A stretch of 63,035 nt of DNA, counting the filler. It is 5 parts of 5 records of this genome, joined end to end, with 100 filler letters (N's around TTAATTAATTAA, not from the genome) between each part and the next. Parts side by side here need not be neighbours in the genome. Positions count along the whole stretch, not along the records: positions 8,010 to 16,541 come from DRR723986_6958; positions 16,642 to 28,533 come from DRR723986_6965; 3 more parts are not named here. One strand, written 5' to 3'. The first letter of the stretch is position 1. Every line of letters starts with the position of its first letter. The position numbers and the translations under genes were made by a program. The notes beneath the pieces were generated by a model. It made no database searches, had not been told where the DNA came from, and was given only the letters and a program-made list of their open reading frames with translations. This document shows, one piece after another, positions 8,103 to 18,589 of this stretch.

Positions 8103-9551
8103 TCAATCTTGTTTCAGCGCCCCGTTTTCCCATGTGCCACTGGTTTCCTGCCCGTCAGAATAGCGCATGGTGCCGGCGCCCTGGCGCTTGCCGGCGCGGA
8201 AACTGCCCTCGTAGACATCGCCATTGGCATAGGTGGCCACGCCTTGGCCAGAAATCTCGCCCTGTTGCCATTGGCCCACATAGCGAAAACCATCGGCCAT
8301 GATAATTTCGCCGTTTCCATGGCGCTGGCCATTTTCGAACTGGCCTTTGTATACTGTGCCATCGGGGTAGGTGGCGGTGCCCTGGCCATGGCGCTGGCCG
8401 GCAAGCCATTCGCCCTCGTAGCGGTAGCCATCGGGGTAGGTCATGATGCCAAAGCCGTGGTTTTTGGCATCCAGATAGCCACCTTCGTAGATCAGCCCAT
8501 TGGCGTAAACCGCCCGGCCCTGCCCCTCGATCACGCCGGCGCGCCATTCGCCCTCGTAGACCGAGCCATCCGGATAGGTGATTTTGCCGATGCCATCGGC
8601 CAGATCATTGCGAAATTGCCCCTCGTAGACCGACCCATCGGGGTATAGCACGCGGCCCTGCCCCTCGATCTGGCCAGCCAGCCAGGCGCCTTCGTAGCGG
8701 TAGCCATCGGCGCCGGTAAACACGCCCTGCCCCTCGCGGCGATCATCGACGAAATCGCCCTGGTAGACATCGCCATTGGCATAGCTTAGCCGCCCCTGGC
8801 CAACGCGGCGGCCGTTATCGAAACCGCCTTCATAGACATCGCCATTGGATTGGGTCAGCTTGCCCTGCCCCGACATTTGGCCCGCCTGCCATTCGCCCTC
8901 GTAGATCATACCATCAGGCAGGCGCAGCGTGCCTGTGCCATCGCGCATGCCGGCGCGCATTTGGCCCTCGTAGACCGAGCCATCGGGATAGGTGATCTGG
9001 CCCTGCCCCTCTTTCACGCCATCCACCCAATCGCCATCGTAGACATAGCCGCCCGCCGCCTCTAGCAGGCCGCGGCCGTGGTGTTTGGTGTCGCGAAACT
9101 GGCCCTCGTAGCGCACGCCATTGGCATAAACCGCCACGCCACGCCCGGTAATGCGGCCATCGGCCCATTCCCCCTCGTAGGTGCCACCATCGGCAAAAAC
9201 GATTTTGCCCAAGCCCTCGGGCTTGCCCTTTTGGAATTCGCCCTCGTAGACCGAGCCATTGGGAAAGCGCGCCACACCCCGGCCGCGAATTTCGCCTGCC
9301 ACCCATTCGCCCGTGTATTCGTAACCGCTGGGCAGGCGATAGGTGCCTTGCCCGTGCTGCAGACCGTCTTTGAACGCCCCTTCATAGACACCGCCATCGT
9401 CATATTGCTTGCTGGCGCGGGCGCTGTCTTGGGCGGTGGCGGGCAGGCCCAGGGCCAGCGCCATCAGCGCCACCCCAAGGGGGGCTGCGCGAAACAGTGC
9501 CATTTTACCTGCCTGCATGTTACCTGCCTGCATGCCGCTGCGCTTGCTCAT
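8103..9551 (-). CDS. Exported MORN-repeat protein
   Basis: Signal-peptide-like segment (ALMALALGLPATA), then 18 tandem 23-aa YxGx[FW]xxGxxxGxG repeats; exact start uncertain. Confidence 0.9.
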   Translation of the reverse strand: MSKRSGMQAGNMQAGKMALFRAAPLGVALMALALGLPATAQDSARASKQYDDGGVYEGAFKDGLQHGQGTYRLPSGYEYTGEWVAGEIRGRGVARFPNGSVYEGEFQKGKPEGLGKIVFADGGTYEGEWADGRITGRGVAVYANGVRYEGQFRDTKHHGRGLLEAAGGYVYDGDWVDGVKEGQGQITYPDGSVYEGQMRAGMRDGTGTLRLPDGMIYEGEWQAGQMSGQGKLTQSNGDVYEGGFDNGRRVGQGRLSYANGDVYQGDFVDDRREGQGVFTGADGYRYEGAWLAGQIEGQGRVLYPDGSVYEGQFRNDLADGIGKITYPDGSVYEGEWRAGVIEGQGRAVYANGLIYEGGYLDAKNHGFGIMTYPDGYRYEGEWLAGQRHGQGTATYPDGTVYKGQFENGQRHGNGEIIMADGFRYVGQWQQGEISGQGVATYANGDVYEGSFRAGKRQGAGTMRYSDGQETSGTWENGALKQD

Positions 9552-9719
9552 CGTGCTGGTCCTGCCTTGCCGTTATATCGCGTGGCGCCCGGGCGGGCCC
9601 CTTGGGGCAAAAACTACAGGCCCTATGGCGGACTGACAACGCCTTTCGCGGCCAAATGGCTTTTCCTCGGCTCTGGTTCTGCTACATCGGGAGCAAGACA
9701 TGACCGCGAAAGAGATAGC

Positions 9720-11378
9720 ATGACCGACCGGTTCCGCCTGACCCTGGCCCAGCTTAACCCTGTTTTGGGCGATATCGACGGCAATATCGCCAAGGCCCGC
9801 GCCGCATGGGACAGCGCGCGCGCTGAGGGGGCCGATATGGTGGCCTTTCCTGAAATGTTTGTGACGGGCTACAACACCCAAGACCTGGTGCTGAAACCCG
9901 CCTTTCACCAGGCAGCCATCGCCGCCATTCAGGCGCTGGCCACCCAGTGCGCCGAAGGCCCGGCCATCGGTATTGGGGGGCCCGCGCTGGAGGCGGGCAA
10001 ATTGCACAACGCCTATTACATCTTGCAAGGCGGCCAGATCAGCGCGCAGGTGCATAAGCACCACCTGCCCAACTACCATGTCTTTGACGAAGAGCGCCTG
10101 TTCCAGCCCGGCGATGTCACCGGGCCCTATGTGGTGGCGGGCGTGCGCATTGGCAGCCCCATTTGCGAGGATGCCTGGTTCGAGGATGTGGCAGAAACCC
10201 TGGCCGAAACGGGGGCCGAATTTTTGCTGGTGCCCAATGGCTCGCCCTATTTCCGCCAAAAGCTGGGGGTGCGCCACCAGATGATGGTATCGCGGGTGGT
10301 GGAAACCGGCTTGCCGCTGATTTATCTGAATATGGTTGGCGGCCAGGATGACCAGGTGTTTGATGGCGGCTCTTTCGCGCTGAACCGCGGGGGCGCGCTG
10401 GCGGTGCAGATGCCACTGTTTGACGAGGCCCTGCAAACCATCGATCTCACCCGCACCGCCGATGGCTGGCAGGTGGCCCAAGGCCCGCGCGCGCCCATCC
10501 CCGATGTATGCGAGCAAGATTACCGTGCCATGGTCGAGGGCTTGCGCGATTACATGGCCAAAACCGGGTTTACCCAGGCGCTTTTGGGCCTGTCAGGCGG
10601 CATCGATAGCGCCCTTGTGGCGCTGATTGCCGCCGATGCGCTGGGCGCTGAAAACCTGCGCTGCGTGATGCTGCCTTCGGAATATACCAGTGCTGATAGC
10701 CTGCAAGATGCGCAGGATCTGGCCAAAAACCTGGGCTGTGTATACGATTTCGTGCCCATCACCCAAGGGCGCGATGCCATCACCCAAACGCTGGCCCCGC
10801 TGTTTGCGGGCAAAGCCCCTGATTTGACAGAAGAAAACATCCAATCGCGCCTGCGGGGGCTGTTGCTGATGGCGCTGTCAAACAAATTTGGCCAGATGCT
10901 GCTGACCACCGGCAATAAATCCGAGGTGGCGGTGGGCTATGCCACGATTTATGGCGATATGAACGGCGGCTATAACCCGATCAAAGACCTGTATAAAACC
11001 CGCGTTTTCGAAATGTGCCGCTGGCGCAATGCCAATCACCGCCCGTGGATGCAGGGGCCAGATGGCGCGCCCATTCCCGAACGTATCATCACCAAACCCC
11101 CCAGCGCCGAATTGCGCCCCGACCAAAAAGACGAAGACAGCCTGCCCCCCTACGAGGTGCTAGACGCTATTTTAGAGCTGCTGGTGGATGGCGATGCCAG
11201 CGTCGCCGATTGCGTGGCCGCAGGGTTTGACCGCGACACCGTGAAACGCGTGGAACATCTGCTTTATATCAGCGAATACAAGCGCTTTCAGTCTGCCCCG
11301 GGCACACGGCTTAGCCAGCGCGCCTTTTGGCTGGATCGGCGCTATCCCATTGCCAACCGCTGGCGCGATCAGGGCTAG
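9720..11378 (+). CDS. nadE: Glutamine-dependent NAD+ synthetase
   Basis: Nitrilase-fold domain (FPE, K, ICED) plus SGGIDS, TGNKSE, PSAEL; start MTDRF at 9720. Confidence 0.96.
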   Translation: MTDRFRLTLAQLNPVLGDIDGNIAKARAAWDSARAEGADMVAFPEMFVTGYNTQDLVLKPAFHQAAIAAIQALATQCAEGPAIGIGGPALEAGKLHNAYYILQGGQISAQVHKHHLPNYHVFDEERLFQPGDVTGPYVVAGVRIGSPICEDAWFEDVAETLAETGAEFLLVPNGSPYFRQKLGVRHQMMVSRVVETGLPLIYLNMVGGQDDQVFDGGSFALNRGGALAVQMPLFDEALQTIDLTRTADGWQVAQGPRAPIPDVCEQDYRAMVEGLRDYMAKTGFTQALLGLSGGIDSALVALIAADALGAENLRCVMLPSEYTSADSLQDAQDLAKNLGCVYDFVPITQGRDAITQTLAPLFAGKAPDLTEENIQSRLRGLLLMALSNKFGQMLLTTGNKSEVAVGYATIYGDMNGGYNPIKDLYKTRVFEMCRWRNANHRPWMQGPDGAPIPERIITKPPSAELRPDQKDEDSLPPYEVLDAILELLVDGDASVADCVAAGFDRDTVKRVEHLLYISEYKRFQSAPGTRLSQRAFWLDRRYPIANRWRDQG

Positions 11379-11405
11379 GGCCGAGGCCGCGCAAAACCGG
11401 GCCGC

Positions 11406-11978
11406 CTAGGCAATGCCCTTGATGCCAGCGATCACAAAATCGCCCGCCAACTGGGCATAGTCATCGCGGCTTAGCCCCTTGCCGGGGCGGTGCCACATGT
11501 AAAACCAGTTCAAAATGCCAAATACCGTCATCGTGGCGGCGCGCAGCCTGTCGGGTGGCAGGCTGGGCGCCAGCTGGGCCACAGCGCCCGACATCAGCGC
11601 CACCAGCTGGCGTTGATGGGCAATCAGCGGCGCTTGGCGATCGGGGGGTAAAACGCCCAGCGCATCCAGCTGCAATTTATGTTCGGCATCAGCATCGGCA
11701 TAGGCCGCCAAAAGCGCGGCAATCAGGGCGCGCATGCCCCCCGTTTGTGCGCCTTGCACCACATCCAGCAACGCGCCCAGGTGATCATCCAAGATGTCAA
11801 ACAGCAGCTCTTCTTTCGAGGGCCAGTAGTGATAGATCAGCGCCTTTGACACGCCACAGGATTTGGCCACGCCCGTCATGCTGGCCCGGTCAAACCCATG
11901 CGCTGCGAAATAGCGCGCAGCCCCTTTGCGCAGGGCTGCGCGTTTTTCATCGTGGTCGCGCGCCAGCCCGCGGCCCAT
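11406..11978 (-). CDS. TetR-family regulator of phenylacetate genes (PaaR-like)
   Basis: TetR HTH (GVSKALIYHYW); last gene of the paa operon. Confidence 0.85.
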   Translation of the reverse strand: MGRGLARDHDEKRAALRKGAARYFAAHGFDRASMTGVAKSCGVSKALIYHYWPSKEELLFDILDDHLGALLDVVQGAQTGGMRALIAALLAAYADADAEHKLQLDALGVLPPDRQAPLIAHQRQLVALMSGAVAQLAPSLPPDRLRAATMTVFGILNWFYMWHRPGKGLSRDDYAQLAGDFVIAGIKGIA

Positions 11979-13288
11979 CAGCCGCCTTTCGGGCGGTTAT
12001 CTATCAGGCGCACGGCCTTGCCCTCGCTGCGGGCCACCTTGCCACGTGGGGCCAAATGCACCTTGGCCGTGACACCGACGTTCGATTTGATCTTGGCGGC
12101 CAATTCGCGCACCGCCCCCTCGGCTGCGGCATCGGGCGTGCCTTCGGCCAGTTCCACATGCACGCCCATTTCATCCATGCGGTCGGGGCGTGTCAGCTCG
12201 ATCTGGAAATGCGGGGCCAGGGCCGGCACGGTCATCAGCTGCTCTTCGATCTGGGTGGGGAACACATTGACCCCGCGCAAAATGATCATATCGTCCGAAC
12301 GGCCGGTGATTTTTTCCATCCGCCGCATGCTGCGGGCCGTGCCCGGCAAAAGCCGCGTCAAATCGCGGGTGCGGTAGCGGATGATGGGAAAGCCCTCTTT
12401 TGTCAGCGAGGTAAAGACCAGCTCGCCCAATTCCCCATCGGGCAGCACCTCGCCGGTATCGGGGTTGATCACCTCGGGGTAGAAATGATCTTCCCAGATG
12501 TGCAGCCCGTCCTTGGTTTCCACGCATTCATTGGCCACGCCCGGCCCGATCACCTCGGACAGGCCGTAGATATCGACCGCGTGCATATCAAAGGCCTCTT
12601 CGATCTCGCGGCGCATGGCGTTTGTCCATGGCTCGGCCCCGAAGATGCCCACCTTCAGCGGGCTTTTGCGCGGGTCGCGGCCTTGGGCTGCGTATTCATC
12701 CAAAATCGACAGCGCATACGAGGGCGTAACCGTAATGCCAGCGGCGCCGAAATCTTCGATCAGGCGCACTTGGCGCTGGGTCATGCCGCCCGATACAGGC
12801 ACCACCGTCAGCCCCAGTTTTTCGGCCCCGCCATGCACACCCAGACCGCCGGTAAACAGCCCATAACCATAGGCGTTATGCAGCACATCCCCCCGCCGCA
12901 ACCCCGAGGCGCGCATGCAGCGCGCCACCACATCGGCCCACATATCAAGATCGTTTTTGGTATAGCCCACCACCGTGGGCTGGCCCGTTGTGCCCGACGA
13001 GGCATGCACCCGCGCAATCTGTTCGCGCGGCACGGCAAACATGCCAAAGGGGTAATTATCGCGCAGGTCTTGCTTTACCGTGAAGGGAAATTTAGCCAGA
13101 TCGGACAGGCTGTGCAGGTCATCGGGGTGCACCCCGGCCGCATCGAATTTTGCCCGATAAAACGGCACGTTGTCATAGGCATGGCGCAAAGACCAGCGCA
13201 TGCGCTGCAGCTGCAATGCGCCAATTTCATCGCGGCTGGCGGTTTCAATCGGGTCCAGATCACCGGGTTTTGGCGCAAGATCTTCCAT
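11978..13288 (-). CDS. paaK: Phenylacetate-CoA ligase
   Basis: ASSGTTG, YGYGLFTGGLG, GAEPW, YGLSE, RYRTRD; start MEDLAP coupled to the thiolase stop. Confidence 0.96.
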   Translation of the reverse strand: MEDLAPKPGDLDPIETASRDEIGALQLQRMRWSLRHAYDNVPFYRAKFDAAGVHPDDLHSLSDLAKFPFTVKQDLRDNYPFGMFAVPREQIARVHASSGTTGQPTVVGYTKNDLDMWADVVARCMRASGLRRGDVLHNAYGYGLFTGGLGVHGGAEKLGLTVVPVSGGMTQRQVRLIEDFGAAGITVTPSYALSILDEYAAQGRDPRKSPLKVGIFGAEPWTNAMRREIEEAFDMHAVDIYGLSEVIGPGVANECVETKDGLHIWEDHFYPEVINPDTGEVLPDGELGELVFTSLTKEGFPIIRYRTRDLTRLLPGTARSMRRMEKITGRSDDMIILRGVNVFPTQIEEQLMTVPALAPHFQIELTRPDRMDEMGVHVELAEGTPDAAAEGAVRELAAKIKSNVGVTAKVHLAPRGKVARSEGKAVRLIDNRPKGG

Positions 13289-14481
13289 CACACGGCCTCC
13301 ATCATCAGGGCAATGCCCTGGCCCACGCCGATGCACATGGTGCAAATGGCGCGGCCCTTGCCGGCATCAGCCAGGTTCAGCGAGGCGCTGATCGCCAGCC
13401 GCGCCCCCGACATGCCCAAAGGATGGCCCAGCGCAATGGCCCCGCCGTGGGGGTTTACGTGATCGGCATCATCAGGCAGGCCCAATTGCCGCATCGAGGC
13501 CAGCCCTTGGGCGGCAAATGCCTCGTTCAATTCGATGAAATCGATATCGGAAATTTTCAGCCCGTGGCGATCAAGCAGCGCCTGGGTGGCGGGCGCCGGG
13601 CCAATGCCCATGATCCGTGGCGGCACACCGACCGTGGCCATCGACACCACCCGCGCCCGCGGCACCAGCCCGTATTTTTCCACCGCTTGCGCGCTGGCCA
13701 CAATCAGCGCCGCTGCGCCATCATTCACCCCCGAGGCATTGCCCGCCGTTACGCTGCCGCCCTCGCGAAAGGGGGTGGGCAGGCTGGCCAGTTTTTCCAA
13801 ACTGGTCATGCGCGGGTGCTCGTCTGTGTCCACGATCACAGGGTCGCCCTTGCGTTGGGCGATTTTCACCGGGGTGATTTCGCGCGCCAAACGGCCACTT
13901 GCGATGGCGGCGGCAGCGCGGGTTTGGCTGGCCAACGCAAAGCGGTCTTGCGCCTGGCGGTCGATGCCAAAATCGGCCGCCACGTTTTCGGCGGTTTCGG
14001 GCATCGAATCGGTGCCGAAATGCTTGTGCATGGCGCGGTTCACAAAGCGCCAGCCGATGGTGGTATCGTAGATCTCGGCACGCCGGGAAAAGGCGCTATC
14101 GGCCTTGGGCATGACCAGCGGCGCGCGGCTCATCGATTCAACGCCGCCGGCGATAACCACCTCGGCCTCGCCGGTGCGAATGGCGCGCGCGGCACTGCCC
14201 ACCGCATCCAGCCCCGATCCGCACAGCCGGTTGATCGTAACACCCGGCACCGCCTCGCCCAGGCCCGCCAGCAGCACCGCCATACGCGCCACATTGCGAT
14301 TGTCTTCGCCCGCCTGGTTGGCGCAGCCGATCATGCATTCATCCACCTGCAGCCCGGCAATGGGCGCGGTCAGGTCGCGGATCACACCTGCCAGCATATC
14401 GTCGGGGCGCAGCTGTGCCAGTGCCCCGCCATAGCGCCCAATGGGCGTGCGCAGCCCCTCGCAGATATAGGCCTCTCTCAT
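13288..14481 (-). CDS. paaJ: 3-oxoadipyl-CoA thiolase (PaaJ/PcaF)
   Basis: GCANQAGEDNRNVAR, NRLCGSG, NEAF, GHPLG, CIGVGQG. Confidence 0.9.
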   Translation of the reverse strand: MREAYICEGLRTPIGRYGGALAQLRPDDMLAGVIRDLTAPIAGLQVDECMIGCANQAGEDNRNVARMAVLLAGLGEAVPGVTINRLCGSGLDAVGSAARAIRTGEAEVVIAGGVESMSRAPLVMPKADSAFSRRAEIYDTTIGWRFVNRAMHKHFGTDSMPETAENVAADFGIDRQAQDRFALASQTRAAAAIASGRLAREITPVKIAQRKGDPVIVDTDEHPRMTSLEKLASLPTPFREGGSVTAGNASGVNDGAAALIVASAQAVEKYGLVPRARVVSMATVGVPPRIMGIGPAPATQALLDRHGLKISDIDFIELNEAFAAQGLASMRQLGLPDDADHVNPHGGAIALGHPLGMSGARLAISASLNLADAGKGRAICTMCIGVGQGIALMMEAV

Positions 14482-14915
14482 TCTGTCTCCTCCTCGAAAT
14501 GCTGTCCGGAAATCTGCCGCGACAAACCGCGAAACAAGGCCACCTTACGCCCTTGGGCGCCCGTGACCACCACATCATAAACGCCCGACCGCCCGGTCAG
14601 GCTGGCCTCATTGGCCCGCGCCAGCAGCCGCTCGCCGGGCTGGCCCGGGCTGAGATAGCTGATCGTGTTTTGCTGCGCCACCACCAGGCGGTTGTAACTG
14701 TTGCAGGCAAAGGCAAAGGCGCTATCGGCCAGGGTAAAGATAAACCCGCCATGGCAAATGCCATGCCCGTTCAGGTGGTGGGGCGCCACCGTCATGGCCA
14801 ACTCGGCCCAACCTGGCCCGATATCTTGCAATTCAGCCCCCAGCCATTGGGTGGCCTGATCTTTGGCCCACATCGCCTGGGCCGAGCGGCGCGCGCGCTC
14901 AACGGGTGAGATCAC
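14478..14915 (-). CDS. paaI: Hydroxyphenylacetyl-CoA thioesterase
   Basis: NGHGICHGGFIFTLADSAFAFACNS; GTG start at 14915 after AAGGA (alternative ATG at 14942). Confidence 0.92.
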   Translation of the reverse strand: MISPVERARRSAQAMWAKDQATQWLGAELQDIGPGWAELAMTVAPHHLNGHGICHGGFIFTLADSAFAFACNSYNRLVVAQQNTISYLSPGQPGERLLARANEASLTGRSGVYDVVVTGAQGRKVALFRGLSRQISGQHFEEETE

Positions 14916-14966
14916 AGGCTTATCCTTTGCAATTGCACTCATCAGCTTTGCCGTGACCCTGCACAA

Positions 14967-14985
14967 AACCGACCATGCGGTCAAT
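14967..14985. promoter_or_regulatory. Palindromic TetR/PaaR-type operator AACCGACC-ATGC-GGTCAAT between divergent paaI and paaZ
   Basis: GACC-N4-GGTC dyad overlapping a minus-strand TTGACC -35. Confidence 0.6.
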
Positions 14986-15074
14986 AGTGTTGCAAGCGCG
15001 CCTGGCTTGCGCCATGCTGGCGGCAAATGCCCCCCCCCCGCGCCCCATGCGTGGGCGCCGCGAAAGGACATACC

Positions 15075-16541
15075 ATGCTAACACCCCAAAGCTATGCCGC
15101 TGGTCGCTGGATCGGCCCCGGCCCGCAGGCGCAAACCATCATCGGCCCGGTGACAGGCCAGCCCATTGCCCAGGCCGGTGGCAGCGATCTGGATTTTGCC
15201 GCCATGCTGGATTGGGCCAAAACCACAGGCGGCCCCGCCCTGCGCGCCATGGGGTTTCACCAGCGCGCCAAGCTGCTGAAACAGCTGGCCAGCTATCTAG
15301 ACAGCCGCAAAGACGCGCTTTACGCCCTGAACCCCTTAACAGGTGCAACGCGCAAAGATGGCTGGGTTGATATCGAGGGGGGCATCGGCACCATGTTCCT
15401 GATCGCCTCTAAGGGGCGGCGCGAAATGCCCGATGGGCAGGTATATATCGATGGCCAGATCGAACAGCTTGACCGCCGCGGCAGCTTTATGGGCCAGCAT
15501 ATCGCGGTGCCGCTGCAGGGTGTGGCGGTGCATATCAACGCGTTCAACTTTCCCGTTTGGGGCATGCTGGAAAAACTGGCGCCTGCGCTTTTGGCGGGCG
15601 TTCCCTGCATCGTCAAACCCGCCACACAAACCTGCTATCTGACCGAACAGTGCTTTCGCATGATCATCGAGGCGGGCATTTTGCCGCCGGGGGCTGTGCA
15701 GCTGGTGGTGGGGCGCACAGGCGCGCTGCTGGGGCTGCTGGGCGCACAAGATGTGGTGGCCTTCACCGGCTCGGCCGATACGGCCATTGCGCTGCGCCAA
15801 ACGCCCAATTTGCTGCAAAATTCGGTGCGCTTTGCCTCGGAACAAGACAGCCTGAATGCCGCCATTCTGGGCCCCGATGCAGGCGTGGATAGCCCCGAAT
15901 TTGCGCAATTCATCGCCGAGGCGCATAGCGAGATGACCGTGAAAGCGGGGCAAAAATGCACCGCCATGCGCAGGCTGATCGTGCCCGATCATCTGGCCGA
16001 TCAGGTGGCGCAGGCCCTGGGGGCGCAATTGGCCAGCACGATCATCGGCGATCCGGGGCAAAAGGGCACGCAGATGGGCGCTTTGGCCAGCCACGGCCAG
16101 CGCGCCGATGTGCTGGAAAAACTGGCGCAACTGCGGGCCGAGGCGCAGCTGGTGCAGGGCGATCCGGCCGCGCCCGCAGGCCTGCCCGGTGGTGCCTTTC
16201 TGGCGCCTTGCCTGCTTTATTGCCCCGATCCAGATGCCGCCACAGCCGTGCACAGCATCGAGGCATTTGGCCCGGTGGCCACGATTTTGCCCTATCGCGA
16301 TGGCGCCCATGCCGCGCAGCTGGCCAATGCCGGGGGCGGCTCGCTTGTGGCGTCGCTTTTCACCAATGACACGGCGGTGGCCCAGCAGCTGGTGCATCAC
16401 AGCGCCGCCCATCACGGGCGCCTTTATATCATGGGCCGCGACAGCGCCGCCTCGGCCACAGGCCACGGCAGCCCCTTGCCACATCTGGTGCATGGCGGCC
16501 CGGGCCGCGCAGGCGGCGGCGAGGAATTGGGCGGCATTCGC
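15075..16541 (+). CDS. paaZ: Phenylacetate ring-opening aldehyde dehydrogenase (PaaZ/PaaN), 3' truncated
   Basis: HINAFNFPVWGMLEK, FTGS, EQDSLN, GQKCTA, HGGPGRAGGGEELGG; AAGGA RBS. Confidence 0.92.
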
Positions 16542-16641
16542 NNNNNNNNNNNNNNNNNNNNNNNNNNNNNNNNNNNNNNNNNNNNTTAATTAATTAANNN
16601 NNNNNNNNNNNNNNNNNNNNNNNNNNNNNNNNNNNNNNNNN
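16542..16641. other. Artificial contig spacer
   Basis: N runs flanking TTAATTAATTAA. Confidence 0.99.
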
Positions 16642-17038
16642 CCCCGCCGTTGTTGACGGTCAGGCTGTCGAGGCCGTGGATGGGCGTCAGCATGGCGCCC
16701 AGAAGGTGGTCCGCCACGGCCCCCGCCACGGCGGCCATGGGGGTGACGAAGGCGGGCGCGAAGGGCGCGGTGGCGCGGGTCATGTGCTGCGCGACCACAC
16801 CCTGCGGCACCGGGCCGGAAGGAGAGCGCAGGCGCGGCAGCTCTGCCACGAGGTCGCTCAACAGGGGGCGGAACGCCTCTGCCGCGCGGTGGAAGGCCGT
16901 TCGAACGGCCTTCGCGTCCCCCTCCGCCGTCACGATCACGTCGATGGGGCCATGGGTCAGCCGCAGCCGCCCGTCTGGGGTCAGATGCGCCTGGGGTTCC
17001 TCGGGGGGAAGGCCGGTCGACCGGCCTTGGCCCCTCAC
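16642..17038 (-). CDS. UPF0280 (ApbE-superfamily) protein, 3' truncated
   Basis: HGPIDV, TPMAAVAGAVAD, VNNGG motifs; GTG overlaps the upstream stop. Confidence 0.85.
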
Positions 17039-18549
17039 GACGCCCCCCGCTTGCCGGGCCACGGCAGGCCGGGGCGCGGCGTCTCGCTGCGCTGGCCGGA
17101 TAGGCGGTGGTCGTTCTGCCGCCCCTTGGCGCCCTTCAGCGCCTCGCTCAGCGGCATGACGTAGTCCATGTGGCCGCCCAGCGCCGCGTAATCCTCGGCG
17201 GGCATGGTGAACTCGATCGGCGCCACCAGCGCGGGCGTGGGCACGTAGCCGAAGGCGTTCTTCGGCATCTGCGTCACATCCGCCATGAAGGTAATCCCGC
17301 CGCCCGGCCACATGAAGACCGGCGCGCCGCCGCAGGTCACGCGGGTCAGCCGCGACTGCACCGAGCGGGTCAGCGAGACCGGGTTCTCGGTCACGCCGGA
17401 GCGCAGGGACCCGCCCGCGCCGGCCATGAACAGCACCGACGTCAGCGAGGGCTCGCAGTTCTCCTCGATCCGGCGGACCGAGGGGAGCAGGCGCTCGGGC
17501 ATCTCGTGCTGCACCGGGCGCAGCGCCTCGTCGAGTTCGAAATAGGCGGCGTGTTCCCCCGTGGTCGAGACCATGAGCAGCGACAGCCCGGGCCGCGCGC
17601 CCTTCTTCTCCTGCCAGTCGTCGAGGATGGCCAGCGGGTCGGTCAGGTCGGTGCCGCCCCAGCCGGTGCCGGGCTCGGCGACCTGAAAGTAGCGCCCGGG
17701 GGTGGACCGTCGGCCCTTGATGCGGATGCCCGAGGGCGCCCAGCCGATGACCTTGCCGGCCTGATGCTCGGACATGACGCCGGTGATGTGGTCGTCGACC
17801 ACAACGACTTCGTCCACCAGCCCCTGCCATTGCGCCGCGAACATGCCCACGGTGGCCGATCCGCAGCCCACGCGCATCCGTTCCTCGCGCTGGCCGTTCA
17901 CCACCGGGGCCTGTCCGGCGGCGATCTGCAACTCGGCGCCGCCGTCGATGGTCAGCGCGACCTCTTCCCCGTTGCAGAGCGCCAGCAGCGCCGAGCAGGT
18001 CTCGCGCCCCTCCTTCTTCGATCCGCCGGTCAGGTGATGCACGCCGCCCAACGACAGCATCTGAGAGCCGTATTCCGAGGTGGTGACATGGCCGATGACC
18101 TCTCCGGCGCTGCGCACGGGCGCGCATTCGCTGCCGAGGTGGCGGTCGGTGTCGATCTTCACCTTGGCGCCGCAGTAGCTGAAGATGCCCTCGGTCACGA
18201 CGGTGATCATGTCGGCATCCGCCACGCGGGCCGAGACGATGAAGGGCGCGGGCTTGTAGTCGGGATAGGTGGTGCCCGATCCGATGGCGGTGATGAAGGT
18301 GTCCTCGCCCGAGACGATCTCTCCGTCCCATTCGCGGTCGAGGAAGGGCACCAGCGGCGCATCCGCCCGGTTCTCGAGGATGGTCAGCGGGTCGAGGCGG
18401 ACCAGCTCTCCGCCCTCGTTGGCGTAGCGGTCGCAGGCCCCGGCGCGGCCCGGGGCGATGTAGCACATGACCGGGCAGGCATCGCAGCGGATCTTTTCGG
18501 ACGGCGGCGTCCGGTCGGCTGCGGGGCGGGCGGTGGTGGTATCGCTCAA
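17035..18549 (-). CDS. 6-hydroxynicotinate reductase-like Fe-S flavoprotein
   Basis: N-terminal CDACPVMC...GAC Fe-S motif, GSGTTYPDYKPAP, MRVGCGSAT, WPGGGIT; TTG start after GGAG. Confidence 0.8.
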   Translation of the reverse strand: MSDTTTARPAADRTPPSEKIRCDACPVMCYIAPGRAGACDRYANEGGELVRLDPLTILENRADAPLVPFLDREWDGEIVSGEDTFITAIGSGTTYPDYKPAPFIVSARVADADMITVVTEGIFSYCGAKVKIDTDRHLGSECAPVRSAGEVIGHVTTSEYGSQMLSLGGVHHLTGGSKKEGRETCSALLALCNGEEVALTIDGGAELQIAAGQAPVVNGQREERMRVGCGSATVGMFAAQWQGLVDEVVVVDDHITGVMSEHQAGKVIGWAPSGIRIKGRRSTPGRYFQVAEPGTGWGGTDLTDPLAILDDWQEKKGARPGLSLLMVSTTGEHAAYFELDEALRPVQHEMPERLLPSVRRIEENCEPSLTSVLFMAGAGGSLRSGVTENPVSLTRSVQSRLTRVTCGGAPVFMWPGGGITFMADVTQMPKNAFGYVPTPALVAPIEFTMPAEDYAALGGHMDYVMPLSEALKGAKGRQNDHRLSGQRSETPRPGLPWPGKRGAS

Positions 18550-18589
18550 GGACCTGGCTCCGGTGAGGGATGGCGGGGCGCGTGGGATA

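Noticed and set aside
8103-9400. 69-bp periodic DNA repeats
   Set aside because: Explained by MORN protein repeats; no cas genes or unique spacers
9505-9534. Perfect 15-bp tandem duplication TTACCTGCCTGCATG x2
   Set aside because: Two copies only, in-frame in the variable N-terminus of the MORN protein; no spacers, so not CRISPR
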